Assembly: GCF_005696695.1 (NCBI RefSeq)
Contig: NZ_CP040006.1
Location: 2,160,001-2,192,000, forward strand
Source of the DNA: Schaalia odontolytica
Lineage (GTDB): Bacteria > Actinomycetota > Actinomycetes > Actinomycetales > Actinomycetaceae
Length of the DNA: 32,000 nt
Reading direction: 5' to 3'
Shown here: positions 1 through 7,544 of the stretch, in pieces
Layout of the letters: each line of letters begins with the position of its first letter
How positions within the stretch are numbered: position 1 is the first letter of the stretch
Notes under the pieces: generated by a model
Told to the model about the DNA's origin: nothing
Databases searched by the model: none
The model's input: the letters and a program-made list of their open reading frames with translations, nothing else
Made by a program: the position numbers and the translations under genes

Positions 1-148
1 TGAACGGCGTCGCCCAATTGTAAGGTGCGCCTCATTCACGCAGCAACGCTATCCCCGTCTTTTCAGGGTTTTCTCAGGGTCTATCCCGACCGCTGGGCGC
101 AGCGCTCCCTCGCCTCTACGATGGGTAAGGAATCGACGAAAGGCAGCC

Positions 149-766
149 ATGATCCGCCGCGCCACCCCCGCAGACGCCGAGGCGCTCTCCGCCCTCTCGC
201 GCACCTGCTTCACGCAGACATTCGGGCACCTCTACGACCCCGCAGACCTGACGGCCTTCCTCGACGAGGCCTACGCGCCCAACGTCCTGCGCGCAGAACT
301 CGAGGACCCCGACCGGGCGACGTGGCTCCTCTTCGAGGACGTGGCCGACGAGGGCTTCTCGCGGCCCGCCCCCTCCCCCGCCGACCACCCGCGCGCACCA
401 GAACCGGGTGACGAGGCCCCGGCCTCGTCGGCGTCCCCGGCACCGATCGGCTACGTCACCGCATGCCCCGCGCACCTGCCCCACCCGGACGTGGCGCCCA
501 GCGACGGGGAAATCCAGCGCCTCTACATCCTGCAGGGACACCAGGGCGGCGGGCGCGGCACGCTCCTCCTCAAGACGGCGCTCGAGTGGCTCGAGCGCGA
601 CGGCCCGCGCCCCCTGTGGATCGGCGTGTGGAGCGAAAACTACAGGGCGCAGCGCTTCTACGCGCGGCACGGCTTCGAGATCGTTGGCGACTACTCGTTC
701 ATGGTGGGCGACCACGCCGACCATGAACTCATCACTCGACGTCTCCCGCGAGCGCTCGACGCATAA
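149..766 (+). CDS. GNAT family N-acetyltransferase
   Basis: 205-aa ORF. GNAT acetyl-CoA-binding core is recognisable (IQRLYILQGHQGGGRGTLLLKTALEWL ... RAQRFYARHGFEIVG). ATG at 149 is preceded by GAAAGG. Carries a Pro/Ala-rich insertion of about 45 aa in the middle. Confidence 0.85.
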   Translation: MIRRATPADAEALSALSRTCFTQTFGHLYDPADLTAFLDEAYAPNVLRAELEDPDRATWLLFEDVADEGFSRPAPSPADHPRAPEPGDEAPASSASPAPIGYVTACPAHLPHPDVAPSDGEIQRLYILQGHQGGGRGTLLLKTALEWLERDGPRPLWIGVWSENYRAQRFYARHGFEIVGDYSFMVGDHADHELITRRLPRALDA

Positions 767-832
767 GTGGCGCACGCGGTACGCGCGGCGCGTCATCACC
801 TCAGGCATTCGCGCCGACACTGGTAGACGAAA

Positions 833-861
833 GGGCCCCGAGGCGTGATGCCTCGAGGCCC
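833..861. terminator. GC-rich hairpin between convergent GNAT and trxA genes (possible bidirectional terminator)
   Basis: GGGCCCCGAGGC (833-844), loop GTGAT, GCCTCGAGGCCC (850-861). 12-bp stem with one mismatch, lying between two convergent stop codons. No clear U-tract. Confidence 0.45.
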
Positions 862-881
862 TCTCGGTTAGTAACGAGTCG

Positions 882-1247
882 TCACTTCTGCTCAGACTCG
901 GCGATCTTCTTGCGCACGTCATCCATGTCCAGGTTCTGGATCTGGGAGATCAGGTCCTCCAGGGCAGACAGCGGCAGGGCGCCGGACTGACGGAACACTG
1001 CGATGCCATCACGGAAGGCCATCAGGGTCGGGATCGAGGTGATCTGCGCGGCCATCGCCAGCTGCTGCTGATCGTCAGTGTCGATCTTGCCGAACACGAT
1101 GTCCGGGTACTTCTCGGAGGCCTCTTCGAAGATGGGGCCGAACTGACGGCACGGGCCGCACCAGGTCGCCCAGAAATCCACCAGGACAATGCCGTCGGCG
1201 GACACGGTCTGCTCGAAGTTCTCCTGCGTAAGGGTAACGGTAGCCAT
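882..1247 (-). CDS. trxA: thioredoxin
   Basis: 121-aa ORF with the canonical WCGPC active site (VDFWATWCGPCRQFGP) and thioredoxin-length fold. RBS GAGGAG lies upstream of the ATG. Confidence 0.95.
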   Translation of the reverse strand: MATVTLTQENFEQTVSADGIVLVDFWATWCGPCRQFGPIFEEASEKYPDIVFGKIDTDDQQQLAMAAQITSIPTLMAFRDGIAVFRQSGALPLSALEDLISQIQNLDMDDVRKKIAESEQK

Positions 1248-1342
1248 GATTCTCCTCTTGTCGCCGGCTTATCCGACGGTCGTTGGGGCGGGCCCGTGGG
1301 GCCTCGCGTGAACTGTCTTATTCAACGGGCGTGGTGCGCCCT

Positions 1343-1981
1343 CTATTCCCCCGAAGCGAGAGAGGAAGCGGTGACGTGACGCACATTCTCCTCCGAGGCG
1401 CCCAAGCCTCGCAAAATAAAGGCCTCCACCAGGGCGAGCGCCGACTCCCGATGCTCAGGATCCTTCGGGAGGCGCTGCCCCTGCAGGGTCGCATGGATCA
1501 GATGAACCGCACCGAGGGTATTCTGCTCGACGATCAGCCCGCGCTCCATGGCCTCGTCGAGAATGCCGATGAGGACCTCACCCACGAGGCCAGCATGATC
1601 ATGCAGATGCGAGGCGCCCTGGCCGGACATCTGGCGACGCAGGCCCATGCCGGCCTTCACGTGATAGCGGCCGATCATCTGCAGGTGGGAGCGGATATAG
1701 ACGCGCAGGCGCATGAGGGGATCCGGCTCAGCCTCGAGGCGCTGCGTCAGGACCCGCGCAAACTCACTGGTCACCTCGCGCATGTAGGCAAGCAGAAGCA
1801 CCTCTTTGTCCGCGAAGTGGTTGTAGACCGCCGTGCGCCCAACGCCCGCACGTTCGGCGATCTGACTCATGGTGATCGACTCGAAGGACTGCTCCCCCAT
1901 CAGCGATCCCAGGGCCTCAAACAGGCGCGTACGGGTCAGCTCGCGGTGAGAGGCGAGGGACTCCCCAATAATCTTCGGCAT
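1343..1981 (-). CDS. TetR/AcrR family transcriptional regulator
   Basis: 212-aa ORF. N-terminal TetR HTH signature (ITMSQIAERAGVGRTAVYNHFADKEVLL) followed by a helical ligand-binding-type C-terminal region. Confidence 0.9.
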   Translation of the reverse strand: MPKIIGESLASHRELTRTRLFEALGSLMGEQSFESITMSQIAERAGVGRTAVYNHFADKEVLLLAYMREVTSEFARVLTQRLEAEPDPLMRLRVYIRSHLQMIGRYHVKAGMGLRRQMSGQGASHLHDHAGLVGEVLIGILDEAMERGLIVEQNTLGAVHLIHATLQGQRLPKDPEHRESALALVEAFILRGLGASEENVRHVTASSLASGE

Positions 1982-2117
1982 GCGCTTATTCTGACACCTT
2001 GCCCCTATGTGTCGTCAAATGGGAGAGCATGCGGGATGAACTGCATGTACACGCAACGACACCGGTCGCGACGCTCACGGGCACCCGTTGCCAGCGCCTA
2101 CGCTCCCGAGCACAGCA

Positions 2118-2163
2118 CCGGGGTGTCAGCGAGCGCAGCGCCGGGGTGTCAGTGAGCGCAGCG
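2118..2163. repeat. 23-bp tandem duplication straddling the NUDIX stop codon
   Basis: CCGGGGTGTCAGCGAGCGCAGCG (2118-2140) is followed immediately by CCGGGGTGTCAGTGAGCGCAGCG (2141-2163), with one mismatch. The second copy supplies the last codons and the TGA (2149-2151, minus strand) of the NUDIX gene. Confidence 0.9.
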
Positions 2164-2568
2164 GGCGACCACGGCCTCGACAATCGGCAGGTCAGCGACG
2201 ATCCACGGAAGCGCGGCGAGGTCCGCGAGGGGCACCCACCTGGCCTCGAGGTGCGACGCACCCGCGCGCGGTGCGGGCGAACCGGCCGCCACCTCGGCGA
2301 GCCACACGCCCATGACGCGCCCACCCAGGATCGGCCACCACTGCCTATCCTCGGGGCACACGCGCTCGCCGATCGCCAGGCGCGCGCCGAGCTCCTCGGC
2401 AATCTCGCGAGTGAGGGCTTCGACTGGATCTTCATTGTCCTCGACCTTGCCGCCGGGCAGCTCGAACTGCCCGCGCAGTTCCTGCGGGTAGGCGCGCGAG
2501 CATGCGAGCAACATCGTGGGCTCGCTCAGCGAATCGACGATAGCGGCCGCCACCACGGGACGAGGCAT
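2149..2568 (-). CDS. NUDIX hydrolase (MutT-like nucleoside triphosphate pyrophosphohydrolase)
   Basis: 139-aa ORF with a Nudix box (GQFELPGGKVEDNEDPVEALTREIAEELG). RBS GGAG lies upstream of the ATG at 2568. Confidence 0.85.
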   Translation of the reverse strand: MPRPVVAAAIVDSLSEPTMLLACSRAYPQELRGQFELPGGKVEDNEDPVEALTREIAEELGARLAIGERVCPEDRQWWPILGGRVMGVWLAEVAAGSPAPRAGASHLEARWVPLADLAALPWIVADLPIVEAVVARCAH

Positions 2569-2679
2569 GGGAACTCCAATCAGTCAGGCGACCTCAGTGT
2601 ATCGGGCGCGATAGCGTGCGGATGGTACGGAGGCTGAGCGCCGGGCGGTGCCGCATCTCATTGCTGGGCGGCGCCGGTT

Positions 2680-2894
2680 GTGCGGCGACCCACGCACTCC
2701 ACACACCTCCACCACCATTCGCCGTTATCCACGCGTTCCGCTCGCCTCCGCCGCCGTTCGCCGCCACACACGCACCCCCAGACCTCTACCGCCATTCATC
2801 GCCACCCACGCGCCCCGCTCGCCTCCACCACCATTCATCGCCATCCACGCGCTCCACTCGCCTCCGCCACCGTTCGCGACCACATCCTCCACCC
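2680..2894. repeat. degenerate tandem repeat, about 39-bp period, about 5.5 copies
   Basis: Units start at 2706, 2745, 2784, 2822 and 2861 (consensus roughly CCTCCaCCaCCaTTCgcCGCCAyCCACGCGyyCCrCTCG), with a partial unit before 2706. Intergenic between the NUDIX gene and tRNA-Gly. The ORFs across it translate to low-complexity P/H/R/S strings. Confidence 0.7.
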
Positions 2895-2987
2895 AGCCCT
2901 GCCACACCGTTCCCAGCCAACGCCGGTTGCGCGGCCATCCGGCGTGGCGATATGATCGACGGGTCGATTCCTTCGGGACGATGAATT

Positions 2988-3061
2988 GCGGGCGTAGTTC
3001 ATCGGTAGAATGGAAGCTTCCCAAGCTTCAGAGGCGGGTTCGATTCCCGTCGCCCGCTCCA
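2988..3061 (+). tRNA. tRNA-Gly (anticodon CCC)
   Basis: Folded manually. Acceptor GCGGGCG/CGCCCGC. D arm GTTC-ATCGGTA-GAAT. Anticodon arm GAAGC-TTCCCAA-GCTTC. T arm GCGGG-TTCGATT-CCCGT. Discriminator U and encoded CCA. 74 nt. Confidence 0.93.
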
Positions 3062-3066
3062 TTTTG

Positions 3067-3097
3067 ACTCCGGATTTGATAAGTCCGGAGTTTTTTT
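3067..3097 (+). terminator. rho-independent terminator after tRNA-Gly
   Basis: ACTCCGGA (3067-3074), 9-nt loop, TCCGGAGT (3084-3091), running into T7 (3091-3097). Confidence 0.8.
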
Positions 3098-3199
3098 GTT
3101 TGCGGGTGTCTGACCAGTGTTGGTCGGCAGTGTCATGGGGTGTAAGCGATTTGTGTGGTAGTAGCGCTGTTGGAGGGGTTGGTTGTGAGCTGTTGTCGG

Positions 3200-3424
3200 A
3201 TGCTGAGTGTTTGGGATCGCGCGGTGATGATAGTGGGGTTGGAGACAGGCTTGTCCCAGGTGCGTATCGCCGACCGGGTTGGGCGTAGCCCCTCAGTGAT
3301 GTGCCATAAAATCACTCGCCACCCGAGGCTCTGATGGCACATACCAGGCCAAGGACGCCAGGAGAGCGGCGCAGGTGGCCAGGCCAGAGCGTACGTGCCC
3401 CTGATCGAGCGCACCACCGGCTAG
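3200..3424 (+). pseudogene. IS30-family transposase, N-terminal HTH fragment (in-frame stop, truncated)
   Basis: The frame starting ATG 3200 reads MLSVWDRAVMIVGLETGLSQVRIADRVGRSPSVMCHKITRHPRL*WHIPGQGRQESGAGGQARAYVPLIERTTG*. The GLSxxxIAxxxGRSPSxxxxxIxRx pattern is the IS30-type N-terminal HTH. There is a TGA at 3332-3334, and the reading frame and high G+C both end at about 3424. Confidence 0.55.
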
Positions 3425-3446
3425 CAAGGACGTTCAGGAACGTATA

Positions 3447-3584
3447 GTGTCGGATCTGGAAGCGAAATTGAGGCGACTTGACGAAGCTGAAAGTGCTACC
3501 AGCGAGGCCCTGGGGAGGCTTACTGATCTACGCTATCTATGTATGGAAAACTCGCTATACCCCCGCGAAGGTACTATTGCCTGA
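3447..3584 (+). other. possible 45-aa coiled-coil ORF, or 3' remnant of a truncated gene
   Basis: Open frame 3405-3584 (SSAPPASKDVQERIVSDLEAKLRRLDEAESATSEALGRLTDLRYLCMENSLYPREGTIA*). It has no ATG. GTG at 3447 is preceded by AGGAA. It is too short for the ORF track and lies 87 nt upstream of the orphan gene. Confidence 0.2.
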
Positions 3585-3671
3585 ACTTGCGTGAACCATC
3601 TCGCGCACTTCTGTCGACACTAAGAAAACGACATTCGCGACCATATTTTTCTCCCGATTGGAGGTGTGACG

Positions 3672-4757
3672 ATGGGTTCCCGGTTAGGTGTTTTGCTTAA
3701 GACTTACTCTGGTTGGGAGATCTACTACAACCACTCGGCGGCCCAAACGGTCGGACTGGACATTGCGATCGACGGTATGGAAGCCACCTACGAGCGTGTG
3801 CGTCGTATGTCTCCGATGGGTGTTGACGATCCGCATGCTTGGAAGGGGGCGACGTGGATTGAGGGCACACTTCTGATCGACGAGACCAGGAAACTGGTCG
3901 TGTGGGCAGAGGAGAGCGAGGCACTCTACATGCCTCGACTTATCAACTACCTCGTTGAGCACACCTGGCCTGGGTGGACAGCCGCCTGGTCAGCCGAAGG
4001 AACCCGTGGAACTCTTTGGGCTGCGGGCGTCGATCCGGCCACCATCTTCACACACCGTTCTGATCGTTTGCCGTGTGATCGCGCGCCCAGTCTAGAGCCA
4101 TGGGATGAGTGGCACGGAGTTGATCCCATCACCGTGCGCATGGCAGACGGCACCTTGGCCACCTGGCGCGCCTACGGCTTCCTGGATGATCTTACTGGAT
4201 GCGGTCCTGAGAATTTCCTGGCTTTGGCTCGCGAGGTCGCCTCCCGGCTACCGGATGAATCGGATGCGTGGGAGCAGACCACGGATGACCACGTTCCGAC
4301 CACCGGGATATTCGTGGACTACCAAGCACGCTCGTTGCGTTGGTGGTCGCTCCAGGACAGGGACATGCACCTGGAGGATTTCGATGCGCTGTGGCCGGGA
4401 TGGACACTAACCAGCAGTTCGGACGACTACTCCTGGCACCAAGAACTCACCGGGCAGGTATTCCGTACCTGGGCTGACGATGTCAACGAATGTCGCTCCT
4501 GGATCGAGAGAGCTATTGAAGAAGGTACACGAGCCAACCCGCTAGCAAGCTTAGCTAACGCCCTGTCAGGTCAGGGTCATGAGATCAGTCCGTACGCGTC
4601 CACTCTGGTGTTCGTTCCCTCCAAACGTCACGCCGCGATGGAAACCTTCGACCGGCTCCTCAATGCCGTTCGAGACGCGCCGTTGAAGCCCGCGCGAATT
4701 ATCGACCGACACGGAACTATCACACCCCCGCTCGAGGAGGGAGAGGCCGGATTCTAG
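3672..4757 (+). CDS. hypothetical protein, Trp-rich, no recognised domain
   Basis: The ORF track gives 3666-4757 (GTG start). ATG at 3672 sits 7 nt after GGAGG (3660-3664), so it is the preferred start (361 aa). No signal peptide or TM segment is evident. There is an internal two-fold repeat with WPGWT at aa 101-105 and 243-247 (ORF-track numbering). G+C is lower than the backbone. Confidence 0.7.
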   Translation: MGSRLGVLLKTYSGWEIYYNHSAAQTVGLDIAIDGMEATYERVRRMSPMGVDDPHAWKGATWIEGTLLIDETRKLVVWAEESEALYMPRLINYLVEHTWPGWTAAWSAEGTRGTLWAAGVDPATIFTHRSDRLPCDRAPSLEPWDEWHGVDPITVRMADGTLATWRAYGFLDDLTGCGPENFLALAREVASRLPDESDAWEQTTDDHVPTTGIFVDYQARSLRWWSLQDRDMHLEDFDALWPGWTLTSSSDDYSWHQELTGQVFRTWADDVNECRSWIERAIEEGTRANPLASLANALSGQGHEISPYASTLVFVPSKRHAAMETFDRLLNAVRDAPLKPARIIDRHGTITPPLEEGEAGF

Positions 4758-4775
4758 GGGTGGTTGCAAGACGGG

Positions 4776-5000
4776 TTATGTCCTGAGCAGCGGTTCGAGC
4801 CGTTGCTTGGGTGCGTCCCAGTTGAGCGTTTTGCCGGGGCGCTCACCCCGCTGGTCAGCGATGATATCCAGGTTTGCGTCGCTCGAGGGCCGACGATCAG
4901 AGCCTTTGGGCATGAAATTGACGCAGTGACCGCACCCATAACAAGCAACAGGCCGACCACCCACGGTTACACCACTATGCGGGACGCTACTAAAAGTACG
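4776..5000 (-). pseudogene. IS30-family transposase, C-terminal fragment (frameshifted; may extend to about 5090)
   Basis: The minus-strand frame ends ...NFMPKGSDRRPSSDANLDIIADQRGERPGKTLNWDAPKQRLEPLLRT*. This matches the conserved IS30 C-terminus pattern (Y/F-x-PKG-x-D ... L-N-x-RP-R/K-K-TL-x-W-x-T/A-P). Upstream pieces (SLRQF, PHS..V.G) appear in other frames, indicating decay. Confidence 0.6.
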
Positions 5001-5146
5001 GGACTTGCATCAAAAGGTATCGAGCAAGCGTCAAATGATGTACCAGTCGACATGCACGTGCTCGTCCGAAAGCACAGCCTCCTACCGGAGTAGCCTTGGT
5101 GAGGGGAAACCTACAAGTCCGGCTCAGTTAGGCGATTGGAAATAAG

Positions 5147-5764
5147 ATGAAGACAATCTACCTCTACATACTCGATGGCATGGCCGAGTGGGAAATTGGA
5201 AACATCCTCCAAGCCCTCAGCATGGAACCACAACTCAAACAAGGCCGCCAGGACTACCGTATCCACACCATTAGCCATGATGGAAAGCCGGTAAAGAGCC
5301 TCGGTGGCCTCACCATTACACCTGACGGATCGTTAGAGACGCTCCCGGACGATCGCCCAGTTGCTCTGCTGTTGCCTGGAGCAGATTCCTGGGAGCGTGA
5401 ATCGCACCATCCAATCCTGGATATAGCAGAGTCGTATCTGGCGCAGGACGTCTTGGTGGCGGCAATCTGCGGAGCAACGCTTGCACTGGCGAACCGAGGT
5501 GTGCTGAACAGCTTCGAACACACAAGCAACTCGCCCGAATATTTGAGCATGTTCGCCACCAATTATTCAGGTCAGGCGCTGTACCACGGGGAAAATGTCT
5601 GGGTGGACAAGAACCTCATAACCGCCAACTCAGCCGCCGGGCTGGACTGGGCAAAAGCCATACTGGAGTACCTTGACGTCTACCCGGTAGAGACAATCAA
5701 CGCCTGGTACCAGTACTACTCAACAGGAAACCCAGAATTCTTTTTCAAGTTGATGGCCAACTAG
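5147..5764 (+). CDS. DJ-1/PfpI family (type 1 glutamine amidotransferase-like) protein
   Basis: 205-aa ORF. DJ-1/PfpI-like layout with a nucleophile-elbow Cys (VLVAAICGATLALANRG) after LLLPGADSW. A sampled 60-nt line at 5161 has 32 of 60 G+C. Confidence 0.8.
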   Translation: MKTIYLYILDGMAEWEIGNILQALSMEPQLKQGRQDYRIHTISHDGKPVKSLGGLTITPDGSLETLPDDRPVALLLPGADSWERESHHPILDIAESYLAQDVLVAAICGATLALANRGVLNSFEHTSNSPEYLSMFATNYSGQALYHGENVWVDKNLITANSAAGLDWAKAILEYLDVYPVETINAWYQYYSTGNPEFFFKLMAN

Positions 5765-5777
5765 ACCGAAACGGAAA

Positions 5778-5804
5778 TTGATGCAGACAGCACCTCCGCA
5801 TCAA
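5778..5804. terminator. weak hairpin between convergent DJ-1 and CMD genes
   Basis: TTGATGC (5778-5784) ... GCATCAA (5798-5804). 7-bp stem and 13-nt loop in a 41-bp convergent intergenic gap. Confidence 0.3.
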
Positions 5805-5805
5805 C

Positions 5806-6222
5806 TTACCTGTCGCAGTTCCGCCGTGACTCAATTGCTTCCTGTGCTGCGAAAGTAGCGTTCAGTGCTCGCGGAAAGCCGCAGTACACTGAGGCGTGCA
5901 GGATAGCTTCCTGAATTTCCTCTTCGGAAATCCCGACATTAAGTGCCGCTCCAACATGAACTTTAAGTTGAGGTTCGCATCCGCCTAATGCAGTCAATAC
6001 GCCAATGGTTACTAGCTGGCGACTGCGTGCATCCAGACCAGGCCTATCGTAAATATCCCCGAAAGCAAATGCGGCGATGTGGTGTCCTAAAGCAGGGTTT
6101 GACGCGGAAAGTGATTCGATAACACTCTGACCAGCGTCTCCGTCGATACGGGAGAGAACCTGCAATCCAAGATCACGACGTCGCTGGTTATCGACGGAAT
6201 CAATATCGTACTGATCACTCAT
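5806..6222 (-). CDS. carboxymuconolactone decarboxylase (AhpD-like) family protein
   Basis: 138-aa ORF. CMD-family hallmarks are present (FAFGDIYDRPGLDARSRQLVTIGVLTALGGCEPQLKVHVGAALNVGISEEEIQEAILHASVYCGFP). Its ATG overlaps the MerR stop (TAATG). Confidence 0.85.
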   Translation of the reverse strand: MSDQYDIDSVDNQRRRDLGLQVLSRIDGDAGQSVIESLSASNPALGHHIAAFAFGDIYDRPGLDARSRQLVTIGVLTALGGCEPQLKVHVGAALNVGISEEEIQEAILHASVYCGFPRALNATFAAQEAIESRRNCDR

Positions 6223-6683
6223 TATGGACGGGAACCTTTCTGATACATTGCTATCTTGAATTCGGTAGCTGCCAGTGATAACTGAAGATCCTCTATTCGT
6301 TGCCGAAGGATGTCGCGATGCTCCAGCATCAAATCAAGACGCTCCTGCACTGTTTCTGTACCTTGTTCAACCAAGGAGATGTAATGCTGGAGTTGGGCAA
6401 TCGACATTCCAGAGACCCGCATTCGGGTAATAAAAACCAAACGCCGTACAGCCGCAGCATCGTAAAGCCGATAGCCGGATGCGTCGCGTCCTACTTTCAC
6501 CAGCCCTGCGCGTTCGTAATAGCGCAGCGTATGTGCGCTGATTCCCAGATACTCGGCAGTGGTAGCGATATCCCACTGAGTGTTCTCGTCATCTCTGATC
6601 AGGTCGCGCAACGCCGCAGTATTTAGCCCTCCGGGTGGATCGATCGCCAGCCTAAGGGCTTGCTCTAACCGTTCTTCCAACAT
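6222..6683 (-). CDS. MerR family transcriptional regulator
   Basis: Only the last 153 codons of the 411-aa track ORF are credible. ATG at 6683 (MLEERLEQ...). MerR HTH is WDIATTAEYLGISAHTLRYYERAGLVKVGRDASGYRLYDAAAVRRLVFITRMRVSGMSIAQL, followed by a coiled-coil dimerisation helix. The upstream extension runs through an IS remnant. Confidence 0.85.
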   Translation of the reverse strand: MLEERLEQALRLAIDPPGGLNTAALRDLIRDDENTQWDIATTAEYLGISAHTLRYYERAGLVKVGRDASGYRLYDAAAVRRLVFITRMRVSGMSIAQLQHYISLVEQGTETVQERLDLMLEHRDILRQRIEDLQLSLAATEFKIAMYQKGSRP

Positions 6684-6690
6684 GTCTATT

Positions 6691-6722
6691 ACGCTAAACC
6701 TTTGAGTGCGCTCGAAGGCAAA
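6691..6722 (-). promoter_or_regulatory. candidate MerR-type promoter with operator dyad in an over-long spacer
   Basis: The minus strand reads TTTGCC-(20 nt: TTCGAGCGCACTCAAAGGTT)-TAGCGT-AATAGAC-ATG. The imperfect dyad is CCTTTGAGTG/CGCTCGAAGG (6699-6718). The -10-like hexamer lies 7 nt from the ATG, implying a leaderless mRNA. Confidence 0.4.
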
Positions 6723-6724
6723 CT

Positions 6725-7290
6725 GGCTCTTCCGAGTTGAGTGTGGGTGACCGGGTGTTGGTCGGGGGTTGCGGGAAGAGGTCGAGGTCCTTGATGATGA
6801 GCGGACTTCTACCCCCGCTGTCTTCAAGGACCTCGGGCTGTGTCTCACCCTACCTGCTGCTCTGTGTCGCTTGATCGTTGTGATCGGTGTGATCTGCTGG
6901 TCGGTTTGGAGGGCTTCCATCTGATGAGCGTGGCTCGCACCCCACAGGCTCTGGTGCTCGATGCTGAGTCGTGCAACCAGCTGGTTGGCTGCCCAGGTTG
7001 TGGGGTGCTCGCTCAAGGTCACGGGCGTGTGGTGGTAGAGGTGATCAACGCACCCTGGGCCGGGGTTCCGGAGCGTATCCGGTGACACAAACGACGCAGG
7101 ATATGCCGCGCACACACCTGCGAAACGGTGACATTCCTGGAGCGCAGCGAGAAGGTGTGCGCACCCATCAACACACGAGGGAAACCCGGTGCGCACGCAA
7201 AACCGGATGCGGCACTGAGCAGCGGGGGGAATTGCACTACATGAAGGGCCGACACGCCGGCGACACGCTGTACGACGGCTTCGTGTAGTG
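6725..7290 (+). mobile_element. ISL3-family insertion sequence remnant (left end only)
   Basis: GGCTCTTCCGAG... at 6725 resembles the GGCTCTTC-type terminal inverted repeat I recall for ISL3-family elements. A transposase N-terminus follows about 115 bp downstream. No matching right IR (GAAGAGCC) was found in the window. Confidence 0.6.
6840..7288 (+). pseudogene. ISL3-family transposase, N-terminal zinc-finger region, disrupted
   Basis: LLVGLEGFHLMSVARTPQALVLDAESCNQLVGCPGCGVLAQGHGRVVVEVINAPWAGVPERIR-TGA(7083-7085)-HKRRRICRAHTCETVTFLERSEKVCAP. This fits the zf-ISL3 pattern (CPxCG...H..R...D.P..G.P....W.KRR..C....C....F.E) with TGA where Trp is expected. The frame is lost after about 7200 and nothing transposase-like follows 7290. 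Confidence 0.65.
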
Positions 7291-7401
7291 CAAAACCCCC
7301 ACCATTGCAGGCAGGGAGGGCGCGCGCTGCCTACAAGACCGTGCGCACTACCGGTTGGTGCGATAAAACTCGCCCAGCACGGTCCCTCCAGCGGCATTTC
7401 T

Positions 7402-7519
7402 GCGAAAAAGTTCGCCCAACGCGCCTGAAAACAGCGTTTTTCGGCCGTTTTGAGCATGCGGGGCGAACTTTTTCGCGCTCACGCACACATCAGGGCGCGC
7501 GGGGCGAACTTTTTCGCGC
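7402..7519. repeat. repeat family A: GCGGGGCGAACTTTTTCGCGC x2 direct plus one inverted copy
   Basis: Identical 21-mers at 7458-7478 and 7499-7519 (41-bp period). The 16-nt core GGGCGAACTTTTTCGC (7461-7476) is perfectly complementary to GCGAAAAAGTTCGCCC (7402-7417), giving a 16-bp stem with a 43-nt loop. Confidence 0.85.
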
Positions 7520-7544
7520 ACAGGACACAGCCACGTGCCGACTT

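Noticed and set aside
2616-3067. ORFs 2616-2984, 2648-3067 and 2680-2955 (+) and 2725-3062 (-)
   Set aside because: They read through the 39-bp tandem repeat, giving periodic P/H/S/R strings, and through the tRNA-Gly gene itself. They have no RBS and no domain.
4764-5093. 109-aa plus-strand ORF after the orphan gene
   Set aside because: It lies antisense to the IS30-like C-terminal remnant, whose minus-strand translation matches a conserved transposase motif. The plus-strand product has no features.
6684-7457. N-terminal 258 codons of the 411-aa track ORF that ends as the MerR protein
   Set aside because: The upstream part runs antisense through the ISL3 remnant and has no similarity to anything. 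The MerR HTH begins about 35 aa after ATG 6683, which also has a plausible promoter. 153 aa is a normal MerR length.
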